64,000 nucleotides of DNA from Escherichia phage AV121: sequence record OR352951.1; one strand, 5' to 3'. The translations under genes were made by a program, and so were the position numbers. Below, in pieces: positions 44,732-54,747 of the stretch. Within the stretch, counting starts at the first letter, position 1. Each line of letters begins with the position of its first letter. The notes below the pieces were generated by a model. It was not told the DNA's origin, ran no database searches, and was given only the letters and a program-made list of their open reading frames with translations.

Positions 44732-46548
44732 TACTGGCTCATCCATTCTTTACGAAGGTCAGCATTATCTCCCATGAGCATTTCAAAAAGCTCTTTCCAA
44801 TTCTCAGGAAGTTTAACAACATCATATACTGGATTTTGAATCATCTCACGATATTCAGATTTTTCCAAAGAGCCAAGTCCTTTAATATAACGGATGCTAT
44901 GTTTAGGTAGAGCATCTTTAGCACTCTCATATTCAGCGACTGTATAAAACCATTCTTGTTTTTTACCGACCTGAGCGATGATTACAGGAGTTTTGACAAA
45001 ACGAATTCGTCCTTGCTCAAACAATTCTGGCCAATTACTAAAAAATCCAAGCAGAGAAGGATAAATGCTTCCTAGGCCATCATGGTCAGCATCAGTCATA
45101 ATAGCGATATTATGATAATTCAAGTTTTCAGCTTTTTCACCGAGAACTAATCCAGTGATTGCGCAAATATCAAATAGTTCTTTGTTTTTAAGCATATCTG
45201 CATAAGACATACCCCAACTGTTGAGAACTTTACCGCGCAATGGATAACCACCGTGAAGTTCTTTATCACGAACATCAATAAGATATCCGATAGCCGAATC
45301 ACCCTCAGTCAAGAAAAGAGTAGTGTCAGCATCTTTACCACAAAGATTCGCTTTGATATGTTTATGAACCTTAGCTTTAGAAGCCTTTTTAGCTGCTTTA
45401 GTTTCTGCTGCTTTTTCTGCCGCCAATTTACGAGCCAAAGCAGCTTCAATAATCGGCATTAGAATTGCTTCATTATTTAGAATAGCGCGTGAAATCTTTT
45501 TAGCATCAAGTTGAATATGACTACGAATTTCGCCAAATGGAGAAGTCAAACGCTCTTTAGTTTGAGAATCAAATCGCATGTTTTTCATATCACGAACAAA
45601 CATAACGATAGTCAAACATTCTTTAACACGCGCTTTAGTTACATCAATTTTGAACTTACGTTTGATTTGTGGAATAAGGTCTTCACAAATATCATCCATA
45701 ACACAGTCAATGTGATGGCCACCATTTTTAGTGTGAATGTTATTGACGTATGTTAATTGACGAAAACCATCCGGTGAACGACCAACCGCAATAGAACAAT
45801 TTTCTTGTTCTTGAACGATAGCATGCTCATCATATTGGCGTGCATATTTCTTAAAATTGCCCTGAACCTTTTTACCATTAAAGGTAAATTGAATATCAGG
45901 ATAAACTACTGCAAGTGTCTGGAGACGATCTAGTGTAATGTCAAGATAAACTTGAGATAATTCATTAGTTTCAAATGACATAAAATCTGGAATGAAAGTA
46001 ACACGAGTTCCTTTCCATTTTCCAGGAATAGTTTCCCATGATTTATTTTCCATGCCATTTGAACAACGAACTACAATATTATTTTGACCATCGCCAGTTT
46101 CACCGACAAACATCACAGAAAAAATGTTAGTTAAACTAGAACCAACACCATTCATACCACCGGTGACGCGTTCTTTATCATCACCAAAGTTACCACCTGC
46201 TTTTGGAATAGTCCACGCAGCAACTGGACCAGGAATTTCTTCACCGGTAGGTGTTTTGACCATCGCTTGTGGAATACCACGACCGTTATCTTCAACTGTT
46301 ACTTGATTGTTTTTAATAGTAACATTAATTTTATTTGCGAATTTAAACTTAGTACGAATACCTTCATCTACTGAGTTATCGATAATTTCATCAATAAGCT
46401 TAACAAGACCAGGTACATACTGAACACTTTCCCATTTACCAAACAGAAAGCGCTCATGCATTTCATTAGCGGAAGAGCCAATGTACATGCCGCTACGCTT
46501 TTTGATATGTTCAATATCGCTCAGAATTTTAATTTCATTCTTAATCAT
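44731..46548 (-). CDS. 39: DNA topoisomerase II large subunit gp39, unsplit
   Basis: 605 aa from MIKNEIKIL; GHKL ATPase and Toprim regions in one frame. Confidence 0.85.
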   Translation of the reverse strand: MIKNEIKILSDIEHIKKRSGMYIGSSANEMHERFLFGKWESVQYVPGLVKLIDEIIDNSVDEGIRTKFKFANKINVTIKNNQVTVEDNGRGIPQAMVKTPTGEEIPGPVAAWTIPKAGGNFGDDKERVTGGMNGVGSSLTNIFSVMFVGETGDGQNNIVVRCSNGMENKSWETIPGKWKGTRVTFIPDFMSFETNELSQVYLDITLDRLQTLAVVYPDIQFTFNGKKVQGNFKKYARQYDEHAIVQEQENCSIAVGRSPDGFRQLTYVNNIHTKNGGHHIDCVMDDICEDLIPQIKRKFKIDVTKARVKECLTIVMFVRDMKNMRFDSQTKERLTSPFGEIRSHIQLDAKKISRAILNNEAILMPIIEAALARKLAAEKAAETKAAKKASKAKVHKHIKANLCGKDADTTLFLTEGDSAIGYLIDVRDKELHGGYPLRGKVLNSWGMSYADMLKNKELFDICAITGLVLGEKAENLNYHNIAIMTDADHDGLGSIYPSLLGFFSNWPELFEQGRIRFVKTPVIIAQVGKKQEWFYTVAEYESAKDALPKHSIRYIKGLGSLEKSEYREMIQNPVYDVVKLPENWKELFEMLMGDNADLRKEWMSQ

Positions 46549-46595
46549 CACTTATCCTCGTTTGGTTTCGGGAATATTATACTCCGGTAATCATA

Positions 46596-46615
46596 AAGCT
46601 AAAGGCCCGAAGGCC
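46596..46615 (-). terminator. UUCG-tetraloop hairpin, probable terminator
   Basis: aaaggcccgaaggcctttt palindrome between the lipoprotein ORF and gene 39. Confidence 0.4.
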
Positions 46616-46617
46616 TT

Positions 46618-46878
46618 TTATTTAAAACGAATAGTTGAATCCTTAAAGAACAGCCCAGAACATACTGTTCCTTCTACTTTCTGCCCGGTAGGTCCAATAG
46701 CACGAAATCCAGTATGTTGGAAATCATTTTCAGAGCAACCGAACCAGTTATATCCAGTGATTTCAATATTCGTAAAACCACTTGATGATAAAATTTTAGT
46801 TGCATTATCAGCATCAGTACATCCTACTAAAGATACTGCTAATACTAATGCTGCAATAGAACGATTAATATATTTCAT
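46618..46878 (-). CDS. putative lipoprotein (86 aa)
   Basis: Signal peptide with lipobox LVGC. Confidence 0.45.
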   Translation of the reverse strand: MKYINRSIAALVLAVSLVGCTDADNATKILSSSGFTNIEITGYNWFGCSENDFQHTGFRAIGPTGQKVEGTVCSGLFFKDSTIRFK

Positions 46879-46880
46879 AA

Positions 46881-47057
46881 TTACCCTTTAAGCAAGTCGT
46901 AAAATCCGCCATTCACATGCTTAGGAGCGGAAACTAACCGAATAGCAATCCGATGACAATCAGGACATACATCAGTATCTCTTTCAGAAATTTTCTTGAT
47001 TTTTTCGTATTCTTTTGCGCAGTCTTTTGATTGACATTTATAATCATAAAGCGGCAT
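46881..47057 (-). CDS. zinc-ribbon small protein (58 aa, CxxxxC...CxxC)
   Basis: Not in ORF track; translation MPLYDYKCQSKDCAKEYEKIKKISERDTDVCPDCHRIAIR... Confidence 0.4.
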   Translation of the reverse strand: MPLYDYKCQSKDCAKEYEKIKKISERDTDVCPDCHRIAIRLVSAPKHVNGGFYDLLKG

Positions 47058-47059
47058 AA

Positions 47060-47473
47060 TTATTCCTTAAAGTGAGCTTTCAACATCTGATACAAGGACC
47101 ATGCCTGTTCATCATTTTCAATAGTAACTTTCATTACAGGGAATTTAGATTGATCAGTTATCGGTGCAGATTCTTCCTGCTCTTCAGCTGCCTGGTATGG
47201 ATTTTCAACTTCATTAAAGAATTCAGCTTCATTCGATGAAAGCCAAATAAAATCTTCATCCAAAATATCTTTACCAGAAGATAGTACTAAATTTCCAGCA
47301 AATGACATAATTTTAATAGGACGCCCAAGAGCATCCACATCTAAAATTTTAAAAGGATGCATACCTAAACGGCGTGCATAGATTCCGTTATCAGTATGGT
47401 CTTTAATAAAATTTTCTTGAGCTTGTTTATTTTTAAATTGATACCATTTATTAACTTCAAATTTAATAGCCAT
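47060..47473 (-). CDS. hypothetical protein (137 aa); goF position by synteny
   Basis: ORF; positional guess only. Confidence 0.4.
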   Translation of the reverse strand: MAIKFEVNKWYQFKNKQAQENFIKDHTDNGIYARRLGMHPFKILDVDALGRPIKIMSFAGNLVLSSGKDILDEDFIWLSSNEAEFFNEVENPYQAAEEQEESAPITDQSKFPVMKVTIENDEQAWSLYQMLKAHFKE

Positions 47474-47688
47474 TAATAAATTTCCTTCCAGTAAGTTGTG
47501 CCGTCTTCAGTAATTTCACGAAATACACCGTAAATTGGCTGTTTATCACCGACTTTCTCATACACATAAACAGAAGTCAAGTGAGTAAACTTGCTAGTAT
47601 GTTCCTTTTGAACTACTACCAAATTTGGATCAAATAATACATCTTCAAATTCATCATTAGTGCAATTCTGAACAATTTTACGTTTCAT
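47473..47688 (-). CDS. hypothetical protein (71 aa); cef position by synteny
   Basis: ORF; positional guess only. Confidence 0.4.
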   Translation of the reverse strand: MKRKIVQNCTNDEFEDVLFDPNLVVVQKEHTSKFTHLTSVYVYEKVGDKQPIYGVFREITEDGTTYWKEIY

Positions 47689-47789
47689 TACAATTTCCTC
47701 ATTAATTGAACATTGAAGCGATGCGTTTCAGAAGAGTATCAGCACCTTTAACGAATTATCCATTTTATTCTTCAAGTTGTTTTCTGTAT

Positions 47790-47830
47790 CAGTAGTTGAT
47801 ATTGATATAGTACCATAATCAACTACTGAT
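47790..47830 (-). promoter_or_regulatory. early promoter with -10 element inside an 11-bp perfect inverted repeat
   Basis: cagtagttgat...atatagtaccat...atcaactactg. Confidence 0.35.
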
Positions 47831-47860
47831 GTATATAGTTTTATGAAAAAATTTTAAACT

Positions 47861-48352
47861 TTATGCATAGCGAGCTTTGCTGTAGTGTTTAATCCAACTT
47901 TCAGGAATGACTTTGTATGTTCCTAAAAATACCGCGTTGTATAACTTAACGCCATCTTCTACCCATTGATCAGTAATGTATGCACACATAGCGCGAGTAC
48001 GCCGAGGAAGTGGTTGTCCACCTTCGATAAATTCAAACTCATAAGGAGCAATGAACTTAATAGCTTGACCGAGTTTCCACTTAAAGTCTACACCTACATG
48101 CGAAGTATCAATCGTTTCAATTCCTTTAGCGGGAACAGCTTTCAAAAACGCAGATTCAAGAAATTTCGCGCGAACATAACCAAACTGAGGTTTAGACTTT
48201 CCATCTTTAGGAATGATACGCACTTTTACTTCAGAATCTTCATCTTTAACGCCGTGTTTAAGCTGAATGCTTACAATTTCGACCAATTTTCCTGCTGCTT
48301 TAGAACGGGATTTATCAGATACACGAGCAATTTCACCAATATTAATAATCAT
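47861..48352 (-). CDS. MotB-like protein (163 aa)
   Basis: Size and position fit T4 motB; shares a C-terminal domain with the next ORF. Confidence 0.5.
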   Translation of the reverse strand: MIINIGEIARVSDKSRSKAAGKLVEIVSIQLKHGVKDEDSEVKVRIIPKDGKSKPQFGYVRAKFLESAFLKAVPAKGIETIDTSHVGVDFKWKLGQAIKFIAPYEFEFIEGGQPLPRRTRAMCAYITDQWVEDGVKLYNAVFLGTYKVIPESWIKHYSKARYA

Positions 48353-48378
48353 AGTTATCTCTCACTTGTTAAAAAGAT

Positions 48379-48426
48379 TTTATACTCCACAGGACCATTA
48401 TACTCTGGTCCCAAGAGTTTGTAAAC
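48379..48426 (-). promoter_or_regulatory. T4-type early promoter
   Basis: Two ttatactc copies and gtaaac. Confidence 0.4.
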
Positions 48427-48428
48427 TA

Positions 48429-48974
48429 TTAATTCAAAATAGCTACCACCGCACTACGAGGTACTACACTAAAATCTCCTGCATGGACAACGTTCAGAAG
48501 CTCAACACCATCTTCAATCCACTGGTCTGTTACCCAACCACAGATAGGATTATCAAAAGGACGACGGATAGACACAGCAGCACACAACAGGTCTGTAGGG
48601 TCTTGTTCTTCAACTTCTTGGAACAGGATGAACTCATCTTCATAAACCAGGTTTTTCTTTATTTTGTTATTATCTAACCGGCGACCGTGGATGACGTAAG
48701 ATTTGTCAAACCACTCACTTTTGGCAAATTCTTCAACAATAAATTCGCCTTCGCCAAAAACATCAGTCAGAGTTTTATGACCAGAAATCAAGGCATTAGT
48801 TTTAATTTTAGGTTCAACCAGTTTGTAGGTTTTGCCGATTTCAATAGCGGTAGTCATAGTAGGTTCCTTAATTTCCAGTGGTTTAACAGGGCATACATAA
48901 GTGCTTACAACATCAAAATCAATCAGTTTAGCTACCGGATTTGGTATGTATTCAGGATTATAATTAAATTTCAT
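48429..48974 (-). CDS. hypothetical protein (181 aa), paralogue of the MotB-like ORF
   Basis: C-terminal WVTDQWIEDGVELLNVV parallels ITDQWVEDGVKLYNAV in ORF 47861..48352. Confidence 0.45.
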   Translation of the reverse strand: MKFNYNPEYIPNPVAKLIDFDVVSTYVCPVKPLEIKEPTMTTAIEIGKTYKLVEPKIKTNALISGHKTLTDVFGEGEFIVEEFAKSEWFDKSYVIHGRRLDNNKIKKNLVYEDEFILFQEVEEQDPTDLLCAAVSIRRPFDNPICGWVTDQWIEDGVELLNVVHAGDFSVVPRSAVVAILN

Positions 48975-48976
48975 AA

Positions 48977-49477
48977 TTATCTCATTTCAATAAAATCTAC
49001 GAGTTCAGCATGCGATTTGCGGAACATTACTTGGTGCCCACCAATGATAACTTCATCTTCAGGAACTTCGTATACAGCGAGATAAAATCCTTTAGAAGAT
49101 AATTCTTCCCGCTCTTCTCGTGTGAACCATCTCATCATATCATATTCACTAGCGAAAGCAAAATGATAAAGACCTATAAACCATCCTGGAATATGATATT
49201 CTACTCCAACATAATCTTTCTTGAACTTAGTATTAATTACTATATTAGCGTTTTTAACTAATAGTTTATCTTCGTGTGGTAAAGGAATTCTTTTATTATT
49301 ATCGCTATGATGCATAAAATTAGGTCTGTCATAACCTACGTGTAATAGCCACTCTTCGCTCCATGAATCTATTATACTCCTGTACGGCGTTATTTGAACA
49401 CAAAGATTTCGACGTATTGTTATAGCATCTTCATAATCAAGAATACTAAACGATGATTCAACACGATAAATTTTCAT
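48977..49477 (-). CDS. hypothetical protein (166 aa)
   Basis: Track ORF starts with TTG; ATG at 49475-49477 with GAGGA Shine-Dalgarno. Confidence 0.4.
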   Translation of the reverse strand: MKIYRVESSFSILDYEDAITIRRNLCVQITPYRSIIDSWSEEWLLHVGYDRPNFMHHSDNNKRIPLPHEDKLLVKNANIVINTKFKKDYVGVEYHIPGWFIGLYHFAFASEYDMMRWFTREEREELSSKGFYLAVYEVPEDEVIIGGHQVMFRKSHAELVDFIEMR

Positions 49478-49501
49478 TTTATTATCCTCAGTAGCTATGG
49501 T

Positions 49502-49534
49502 GTTATAATACCACAACTAACCGAGGAAGTAAAC
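49502..49534 (-). promoter_or_regulatory. T4-type early promoter
   Basis: gttataatacc...gtaaac. Confidence 0.4.
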
Positions 49535-49540
49535 AACTTT

Positions 49541-50224
49541 TTATCGTTTTGTTGGAAGAGATAGAGGATCGCAATCTTCCTCTGATGGAGCATCTTCAAG
49601 ACCCATAGCATATCGCAAAGCGTACTTCATCATCAGGATGTCTTTCGCACAGTCATGAATAGAATCATGCGCAACGAATCCATCTAAAGTTCCTTTTGGA
49701 AGAGGACACGTGGTCATATCACGAACAAGCAGAAGTGCTTCAATTCTGGTACGAATATCACGCTGATTCCAGAATTTACATGGTTCTAACTTAAATGTGT
49801 CAAGTTCATTCTCAGAAACACCATTAAGACGTTGAATATCACGAATGAGATCGACTAAAATTGGAAAATCAAACGACATTCCACGGCACCAGCCTTGAGA
49901 TTTCCAAGGATCGATATTATGTGCATTGATGTAATCATTAAATTTCGCAATACCGTCGATAGTGCTTACATCTTCATCGGACGGTGCAATATTTTTTCGA
50001 GCTTCAGGAGACTGATTTTTCCACCATTCGATAGTGCTTTTAGTAAAAAGACGATGTCCTTTTTGGCTTTTTAAATCAAATTTGATTTTAATGCCGCGTG
50101 AAACTAATTCATCAAATGTTTCAACTACTTCTGGGTTAGGGTCAAAAGCAATTACAGCTAAATCAATAACAGCTGCTTTTTCACCACTTCCCATTGTTTC
50201 AAAATCTATAATAAAATCAAACAT
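49541..50224 (-). CDS. dexA: exonuclease A (DEDDh 3'-5' exonuclease)
   Basis: 227 aa; N-terminal FDFIIDFETMG exonuclease motif I. Confidence 0.8.
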   Translation of the reverse strand: MFDFIIDFETMGSGEKAAVIDLAVIAFDPNPEVVETFDELVSRGIKIKFDLKSQKGHRLFTKSTIEWWKNQSPEARKNIAPSDEDVSTIDGIAKFNDYINAHNIDPWKSQGWCRGMSFDFPILVDLIRDIQRLNGVSENELDTFKLEPCKFWNQRDIRTRIEALLLVRDMTTCPLPKGTLDGFVAHDSIHDCAKDILMMKYALRYAMGLEDAPSEEDCDPLSLPTKR

Positions 50225-50466
50225 TAAATTTTCCTTGCTAAATCGCGAATTTGACCTACAGTATAATCTTGAATATAAACTTTATTAATAGGTTCATCAA
50301 TAAATTTTGCCATAGATTCAATATCTTTTTGTATTTCTTCAAGACTGTATATTATCTTTAAAGCTTTTTCGCGAATAGTAATATTTTCAGGACCAGAATT
50401 TTTCTCAATGACAGCTTTAACATTTGTCATAAGAGATTTAAATTGGTACCAACTTAATTCAATCAT
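50224..50466 (-). CDS. hypothetical protein (80 aa), tandem paralogue A
   Basis: Shares LEEIxKD...DYxVGxI pattern with the adjacent ORF. Confidence 0.4.
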   Translation of the reverse strand: MIELSWYQFKSLMTNVKAVIEKNSGPENITIREKALKIIYSLEEIQKDIESMAKFIDEPINKVYIQDYTVGQIRDLARKI

Positions 50467-50719
50467 TAATAATCGCCTTATAAAGATAGCTAATTTCGCC
50501 TAAAACGTAATCATTGATTGTAACAGTTTTAACTTCACCACAAAAGAATTCTAACGCAATTAAATCTCGTTCAATTTCTTCTAATTGAAGCATCAACTTA
50601 CTAGATTCAATTTTTACAGTTTCACGATTTTTGCTATAAGCTATTTCATAAATTTCGCTTACTTTATCTTGAAGAAGATAAAACTGATCTTTAGTTATTT
50701 CCACGAATAGCTTCCTCAA
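50459..50719 (-). CDS. hypothetical protein (86 aa), tandem paralogue B
   Basis: Shares LEEIxRD...DYxLGxI pattern with the adjacent ORF. Confidence 0.4.
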   Translation of the reverse strand: MRKLFVEITKDQFYLLQDKVSEIYEIAYSKNRETVKIESSKLMLQLEEIERDLIALEFFCGEVKTVTINDYVLGEISYLYKAIIND

Positions 50720-50758
50720 ATTTAATTAGTAATTTACAGACACTTTCATCTAGTGTAA

Positions 50759-50953
50759 TTACCGTATCTCTGTATTACTGTGATATGATTGTTTTTCAAT
50801 TCGTTTAATTGCTAATATAGTATCACTTATAAGATAAAGCTTATGAAGGAGCTCAGCTCCTGTTACCATAACATCGAGATTATCTTGCTTATTAGTATGC
50901 TTCCTTATACCATCTATTAGACGATTTAAATATTTTGAATTGATGTTAATCAT
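50759..50953 (-). CDS. hypothetical protein (64 aa)
   Basis: ORF downstream of dda. Confidence 0.4.
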   Translation of the reverse strand: MININSKYLNRLIDGIRKHTNKQDNLDVMVTGAELLHKLYLISDTILAIKRIEKQSYHSNTEIR

Positions 50954-50959
50954 ATATCC

Positions 50960-52279
50960 TCACACATAAAATACGTCATAACGACCACGGGTAACACCAA
51001 CATAAAGAAGTTGTTGAGCCAATTCAGCATCTGCATAATGAATACAAGGTGTATAGATGAAAGCACGGTCTACAGACATACCCTGCGCTTTATGGAATGT
51101 TGATGCAGGAAGTGCTTTCACTTTACTAAACTGTGATTTAGCATCCCAAAAATCACTCCATGGAGCTTTTCCACCCTTATTCCAGTTTTTATAAGTTTCT
51201 GCTGTTTTACCTAAAAATAGGTTAAACTTATATAGCTCTTCATCAGATGAAATTATTTTAATCTTTTCACGATAATATTCATCATCGCCGTAAGTTTCTA
51301 CTGTTAAATCCCAATGACGAATTAAGTATTCTCCAGAAACACCACGAGCTTTAACAAATGTTGATGTATACTCTGCTTCTATAATACGAACTAATTGTCC
51401 GTTATTAAAAATAATTTCTGACACAGGCTTTCCATCAATTTTATATGTTTTAATTAATGGTTCCTGCATTACAATAATTTCACCTACAATAAAATCTTTA
51501 TCAGTTTCAAAAATCTTTTTACGAATAATGCTATTTAACTTGTCAACAGATTTATTCGTAAATGCCATTACGCGATTTTCAAACAAATCATCTAGAGATT
51601 TGACGATTGAAAAATAATTTACCATAAAATCGCGTAAAGCGGTATCACCAGTAAATCCACGTACTCCATGCCCGTCAACAACTTTATCATAAATCCACTT
51701 ACCGTTGCGAACATCAGTAGCTACATCAATAATAGGAGCATTACTGCGTTTAACTTCAGTAAGTTCACACTGATAAAAATCTTTGTGTGTAAAGAATGGA
51801 CTGATATAAGCAGTATTTTCTCCTGGGTCAACAGGTCTAATTTGCTTATTATCACCTATTCCAATTATGGTACACCATGGCGGGATAGTTGAAAGCAGAA
51901 TTTTAAATAGCTTTCTATCATACATTGACACTTCGTCGCAGATTAATACCCTGCATTTAGCTAAATCTGGTACTTCCTTCTGTTCAAAAAGAACGTTTTC
52001 TTCATACGTAACTGGGTTAATTTTAAGAATACTGTGAATAGTACTCGCTTCTTTCCCCGACAGTTTTGAAAGAATCTTTTTAGCTGCATGTGTAGGAGCT
52101 GCTAAAATAATACCAGTTTCACCCGTAGATATTAAAGCTTCAATGATGAACTTAGTAAGAGTAGTCTTACCAGTACCAGCAGGTCCATTAATAGTTACAT
52201 GATGTTTCTTTTCTTTAATAGCCCTCATAACGATGTTAAAGGCATTTTTCTGGCCTTCTGTCAAATCATCAAATGTCAT
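50960..52279 (-). CDS. dda: Dda DNA helicase (SF1B)
   Basis: 439 aa; Walker A GPAGTGKTT; matches remembered T4 Dda. Confidence 0.9.
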   Translation of the reverse strand: MTFDDLTEGQKNAFNIVMRAIKEKKHHVTINGPAGTGKTTLTKFIIEALISTGETGIILAAPTHAAKKILSKLSGKEASTIHSILKINPVTYEENVLFEQKEVPDLAKCRVLICDEVSMYDRKLFKILLSTIPPWCTIIGIGDNKQIRPVDPGENTAYISPFFTHKDFYQCELTEVKRSNAPIIDVATDVRNGKWIYDKVVDGHGVRGFTGDTALRDFMVNYFSIVKSLDDLFENRVMAFTNKSVDKLNSIIRKKIFETDKDFIVGEIIVMQEPLIKTYKIDGKPVSEIIFNNGQLVRIIEAEYTSTFVKARGVSGEYLIRHWDLTVETYGDDEYYREKIKIISSDEELYKFNLFLGKTAETYKNWNKGGKAPWSDFWDAKSQFSKVKALPASTFHKAQGMSVDRAFIYTPCIHYADAELAQQLLYVGVTRGRYDVFYV

Positions 52280-52587
52280 CGGAAAGTCCCTGCAATTGGA
52301 ATACTAACAATACGCCCAGTATCTAGAATTCGTTGATATAATCTTTGTGTATCTACATCAGGCTTAACATGTTTAACTTCTATTTTATTAAACCAAAACT
52401 TGCGTGGAGTCTCAACTAGTCTTGGAATTCCCATACCTAAAGCTAGTTTATATTGGTCTTTGAGAGTAGTAAAAACTCTATCAGCAATCTCTCTTTCAAA
52501 AAACACAGCAGGACGATGTTCATCAAGTGGAACTGGCGCCGTAAATCCGTCTTTGTCTCGGTAAACTATTGCATATACATAAACCAT
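52276..52587 (-). CDS. hypothetical protein (103 aa)
   Basis: ORF with ATGA overlap to dda. Confidence 0.4.
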   Translation of the reverse strand: MVYVYAIVYRDKDGFTAPVPLDEHRPAVFFEREIADRVFTTLKDQYKLALGMGIPRLVETPRKFWFNKIEVKHVKPDVDTQRLYQRILDTGRIVSIPIAGTFR

Positions 52588-52588
52588 A

Positions 52589-53335
52589 TTATCCTCGGAT
52601 AAGTTTAAAAATTGAACAATTTAGCGGGTATCCTCTTTTCAGTTTAAGTTTATCAATAAAAGACAAATTTTGATACCGCTCTACACCTTGAATAATTTTA
52701 TCACACATATCATATTGCATTTCTGCTTCTGACAGCTTTTTCACAATTTTCCAATCCGAGCCTTTAAGAAGAACGTTCAATTTAACAACTTCAGCGCCTT
52801 CTGCTATGCGAGAACCATCAATACGTGCTTTAAGTGCTATAATCCTTAGCTTAATGTCAGAGGTCTGTTTTGATTTAGAAAGCTGAGAAATGTGTTCAAT
52901 TCGGTTTTCACGTTTTTTCTGTATAGCTTTAATTTGATTATAAGTCTTTTTGATTTTAGCCCATTTCTTTTCATCTAAATTTAGTTTATGAACTTTTTTC
53001 GCAGATGAACGACCAATTCGCAAAGCAAATAAATCACGCTTTTCAATCAACTCTTCTAAAGTATAATCAGAACGAAATGTATTATACTTTTTCTTTACTG
53101 CAATAACATTCCCTTTAATGTATCCAACGTTATTATCAAAACGTTCTAATGATAATTTCTCTCCTTCAATACGATTATCAAAAGGTTCTCCCGAGTAAGC
53201 ACAAACTTTTTGATCTAAAATGTTCTTAATGTAATTGAAGTCTAAGTTAAAATCTTTAGAACGTCTTTTTGCAGATGCCTGAGTATGCTCTAGACGACGT
53301 TTAATTTTACGAATTTGGTTATTAGACAGCTTCAT
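52589..53335 (-). CDS. srd: Srd-like protein (sigma-factor-like)
   Basis: 248 aa, highly basic, at the T4 srd position between dda and modA. Confidence 0.5.
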   Translation of the reverse strand: MKLSNNQIRKIKRRLEHTQASAKRRSKDFNLDFNYIKNILDQKVCAYSGEPFDNRIEGEKLSLERFDNNVGYIKGNVIAVKKKYNTFRSDYTLEELIEKRDLFALRIGRSSAKKVHKLNLDEKKWAKIKKTYNQIKAIQKKRENRIEHISQLSKSKQTSDIKLRIIALKARIDGSRIAEGAEVVKLNVLLKGSDWKIVKKLSEAEMQYDMCDKIIQGVERYQNLSFIDKLKLKRGYPLNCSIFKLIRG

Positions 53336-53368
53336 ATTTTTCTCACATCTTACTGACGGTTAACTACT

Positions 53369-53401
53369 TATACTATAACATTTTTACCTTAACTTGTAAA
53401 C
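53369..53401 (-). promoter_or_regulatory. T4-type early promoter
   Basis: tatactataac...gtaaac. Confidence 0.4.
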
Positions 53402-53457
53402 AACTTTATGAAAAATGCTTTAAAACTTTCATGGTATAATGAATCTAAGTCCTTCCA

Positions 53458-54060
53458 TTATAGATTAAATCCTTCAAAATCAAGAGTATAGATAGTGTAT
53501 GTTGAATACTTTTTATACTCGTATCTATCCGCAATTCTAAATACACTTCCAGCTGGTATCATTACTTCTTGTTCATCTGAAACTAATTCCATATTACGAT
53601 AGCGATGGCTATCCGGAAACTTAAAACTCGGACTATATTCTTTACAACGTAAAGCTTTTATAGCATACTCCTGGAAATTAAACACCATAGGAGCTTTGAA
53701 TTCAAAAATAACTTGTGTGTTGTATTCTAATCCAGAAGCAAAATGTAGAGCTATATTTTTATCATATGAAGCTGATACTACTTTATCAAATGTAATAATA
53801 TCAATTCCTTGATTTAACACCTGTTTAGTCTCAACTGGAACACCTCTCCAAAGAGGTTTATCGTTTGGAACCAAACGAGATTTGACTATTTCATTTAACC
53901 AAGAATGATCGTCTGGTTTATTAGTAATACAATGAATTAAAAGTTCAATTTCAGATAAATTAAATCCTTCAGAAAGTAATTCTTCACGAATAGAAGCACG
54001 CACCGATGCATCCATTGATTTGATTTTAAAATCTTTTAATTGCATTGCTGAATATTTCAT
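53458..54060 (-). CDS. modA: ADP-ribosyltransferase ModA
   Basis: 200 aa; paralogous to the adjacent 207-aa ORF. Confidence 0.7.
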   Translation of the reverse strand: MKYSAMQLKDFKIKSMDASVRASIREELLSEGFNLSEIELLIHCITNKPDDHSWLNEIVKSRLVPNDKPLWRGVPVETKQVLNQGIDIITFDKVVSASYDKNIALHFASGLEYNTQVIFEFKAPMVFNFQEYAIKALRCKEYSPSFKFPDSHRYRNMELVSDEQEVMIPAGSVFRIADRYEYKKYSTYTIYTLDFEGFNL

Positions 54061-54680
54061 TCAACTACCTCAATATCATACACTTTAAATGTTCCAAATG
54101 AATCGTGTAATTTTTCTTTTGAAATAGAAGTTATTTTATACTTTCCAATTGGAATCATCCATTCTTGTTCACGTACAATCATCATTAAGTTATCAGTACG
54201 TTCTGAATCTAATCCATCAGTATCTTCATATGTATACTTAAATTCAGTATTAGGAGAAGAAAGTATAATATCGCTGATATGGTCAGAATAATTAAAAGCT
54301 TTATCAGTTTTTAAGCGAAATATTATTTCAGTGAAATACTCAACATAAGAAAAACCACATGCTGTGTGCAAACTAGTAGTAAATGAATCTACTCTGTTCG
54401 TTGAAAACACTTCTCCGACTTGTAAATCTTTAATGAGTTCTTTTGTCGATTTTGATATACCACGATATAGCTGATAAGGCGATTTAGTTAAATGCTTTTT
54501 AACGATTTTATTCAACTGCCGATGAAGAGCTTCATTCTTTTTGGCTTCCATACATTGCCAAAGAACGGATTGTTCAAAGTCAGTAAATTTTTCACAGACC
54601 TTTTTATACATATCATATTGAAAATCAACGCTTTCAGCTTTTATAGATAACTGTTCAACATCTGCAAGATTAATAATCAT
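54057..54680 (-). CDS. modB: ADP-ribosyltransferase ModB
   Basis: 207 aa; ATGA overlap with modA. Confidence 0.7.
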   Translation of the reverse strand: MIINLADVEQLSIKAESVDFQYDMYKKVCEKFTDFEQSVLWQCMEAKKNEALHRQLNKIVKKHLTKSPYQLYRGISKSTKELIKDLQVGEVFSTNRVDSFTTSLHTACGFSYVEYFTEIIFRLKTDKAFNYSDHISDIILSSPNTEFKYTYEDTDGLDSERTDNLMMIVREQEWMIPIGKYKITSISKEKLHDSFGTFKVYDIEVVE

Positions 54681-54705
54681 GATAGCCTCCGTATACTTCA
54701 GAAGC

Positions 54706-54736
54706 TATCATATCATCGTTAGAAAGGAAAGTAAAC
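54706..54736 (-). promoter_or_regulatory. T4-type early promoter
   Basis: ctatcatatc...gtaaac. Confidence 0.4.
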
Positions 54737-54747
54737 AACTTTTTGAA

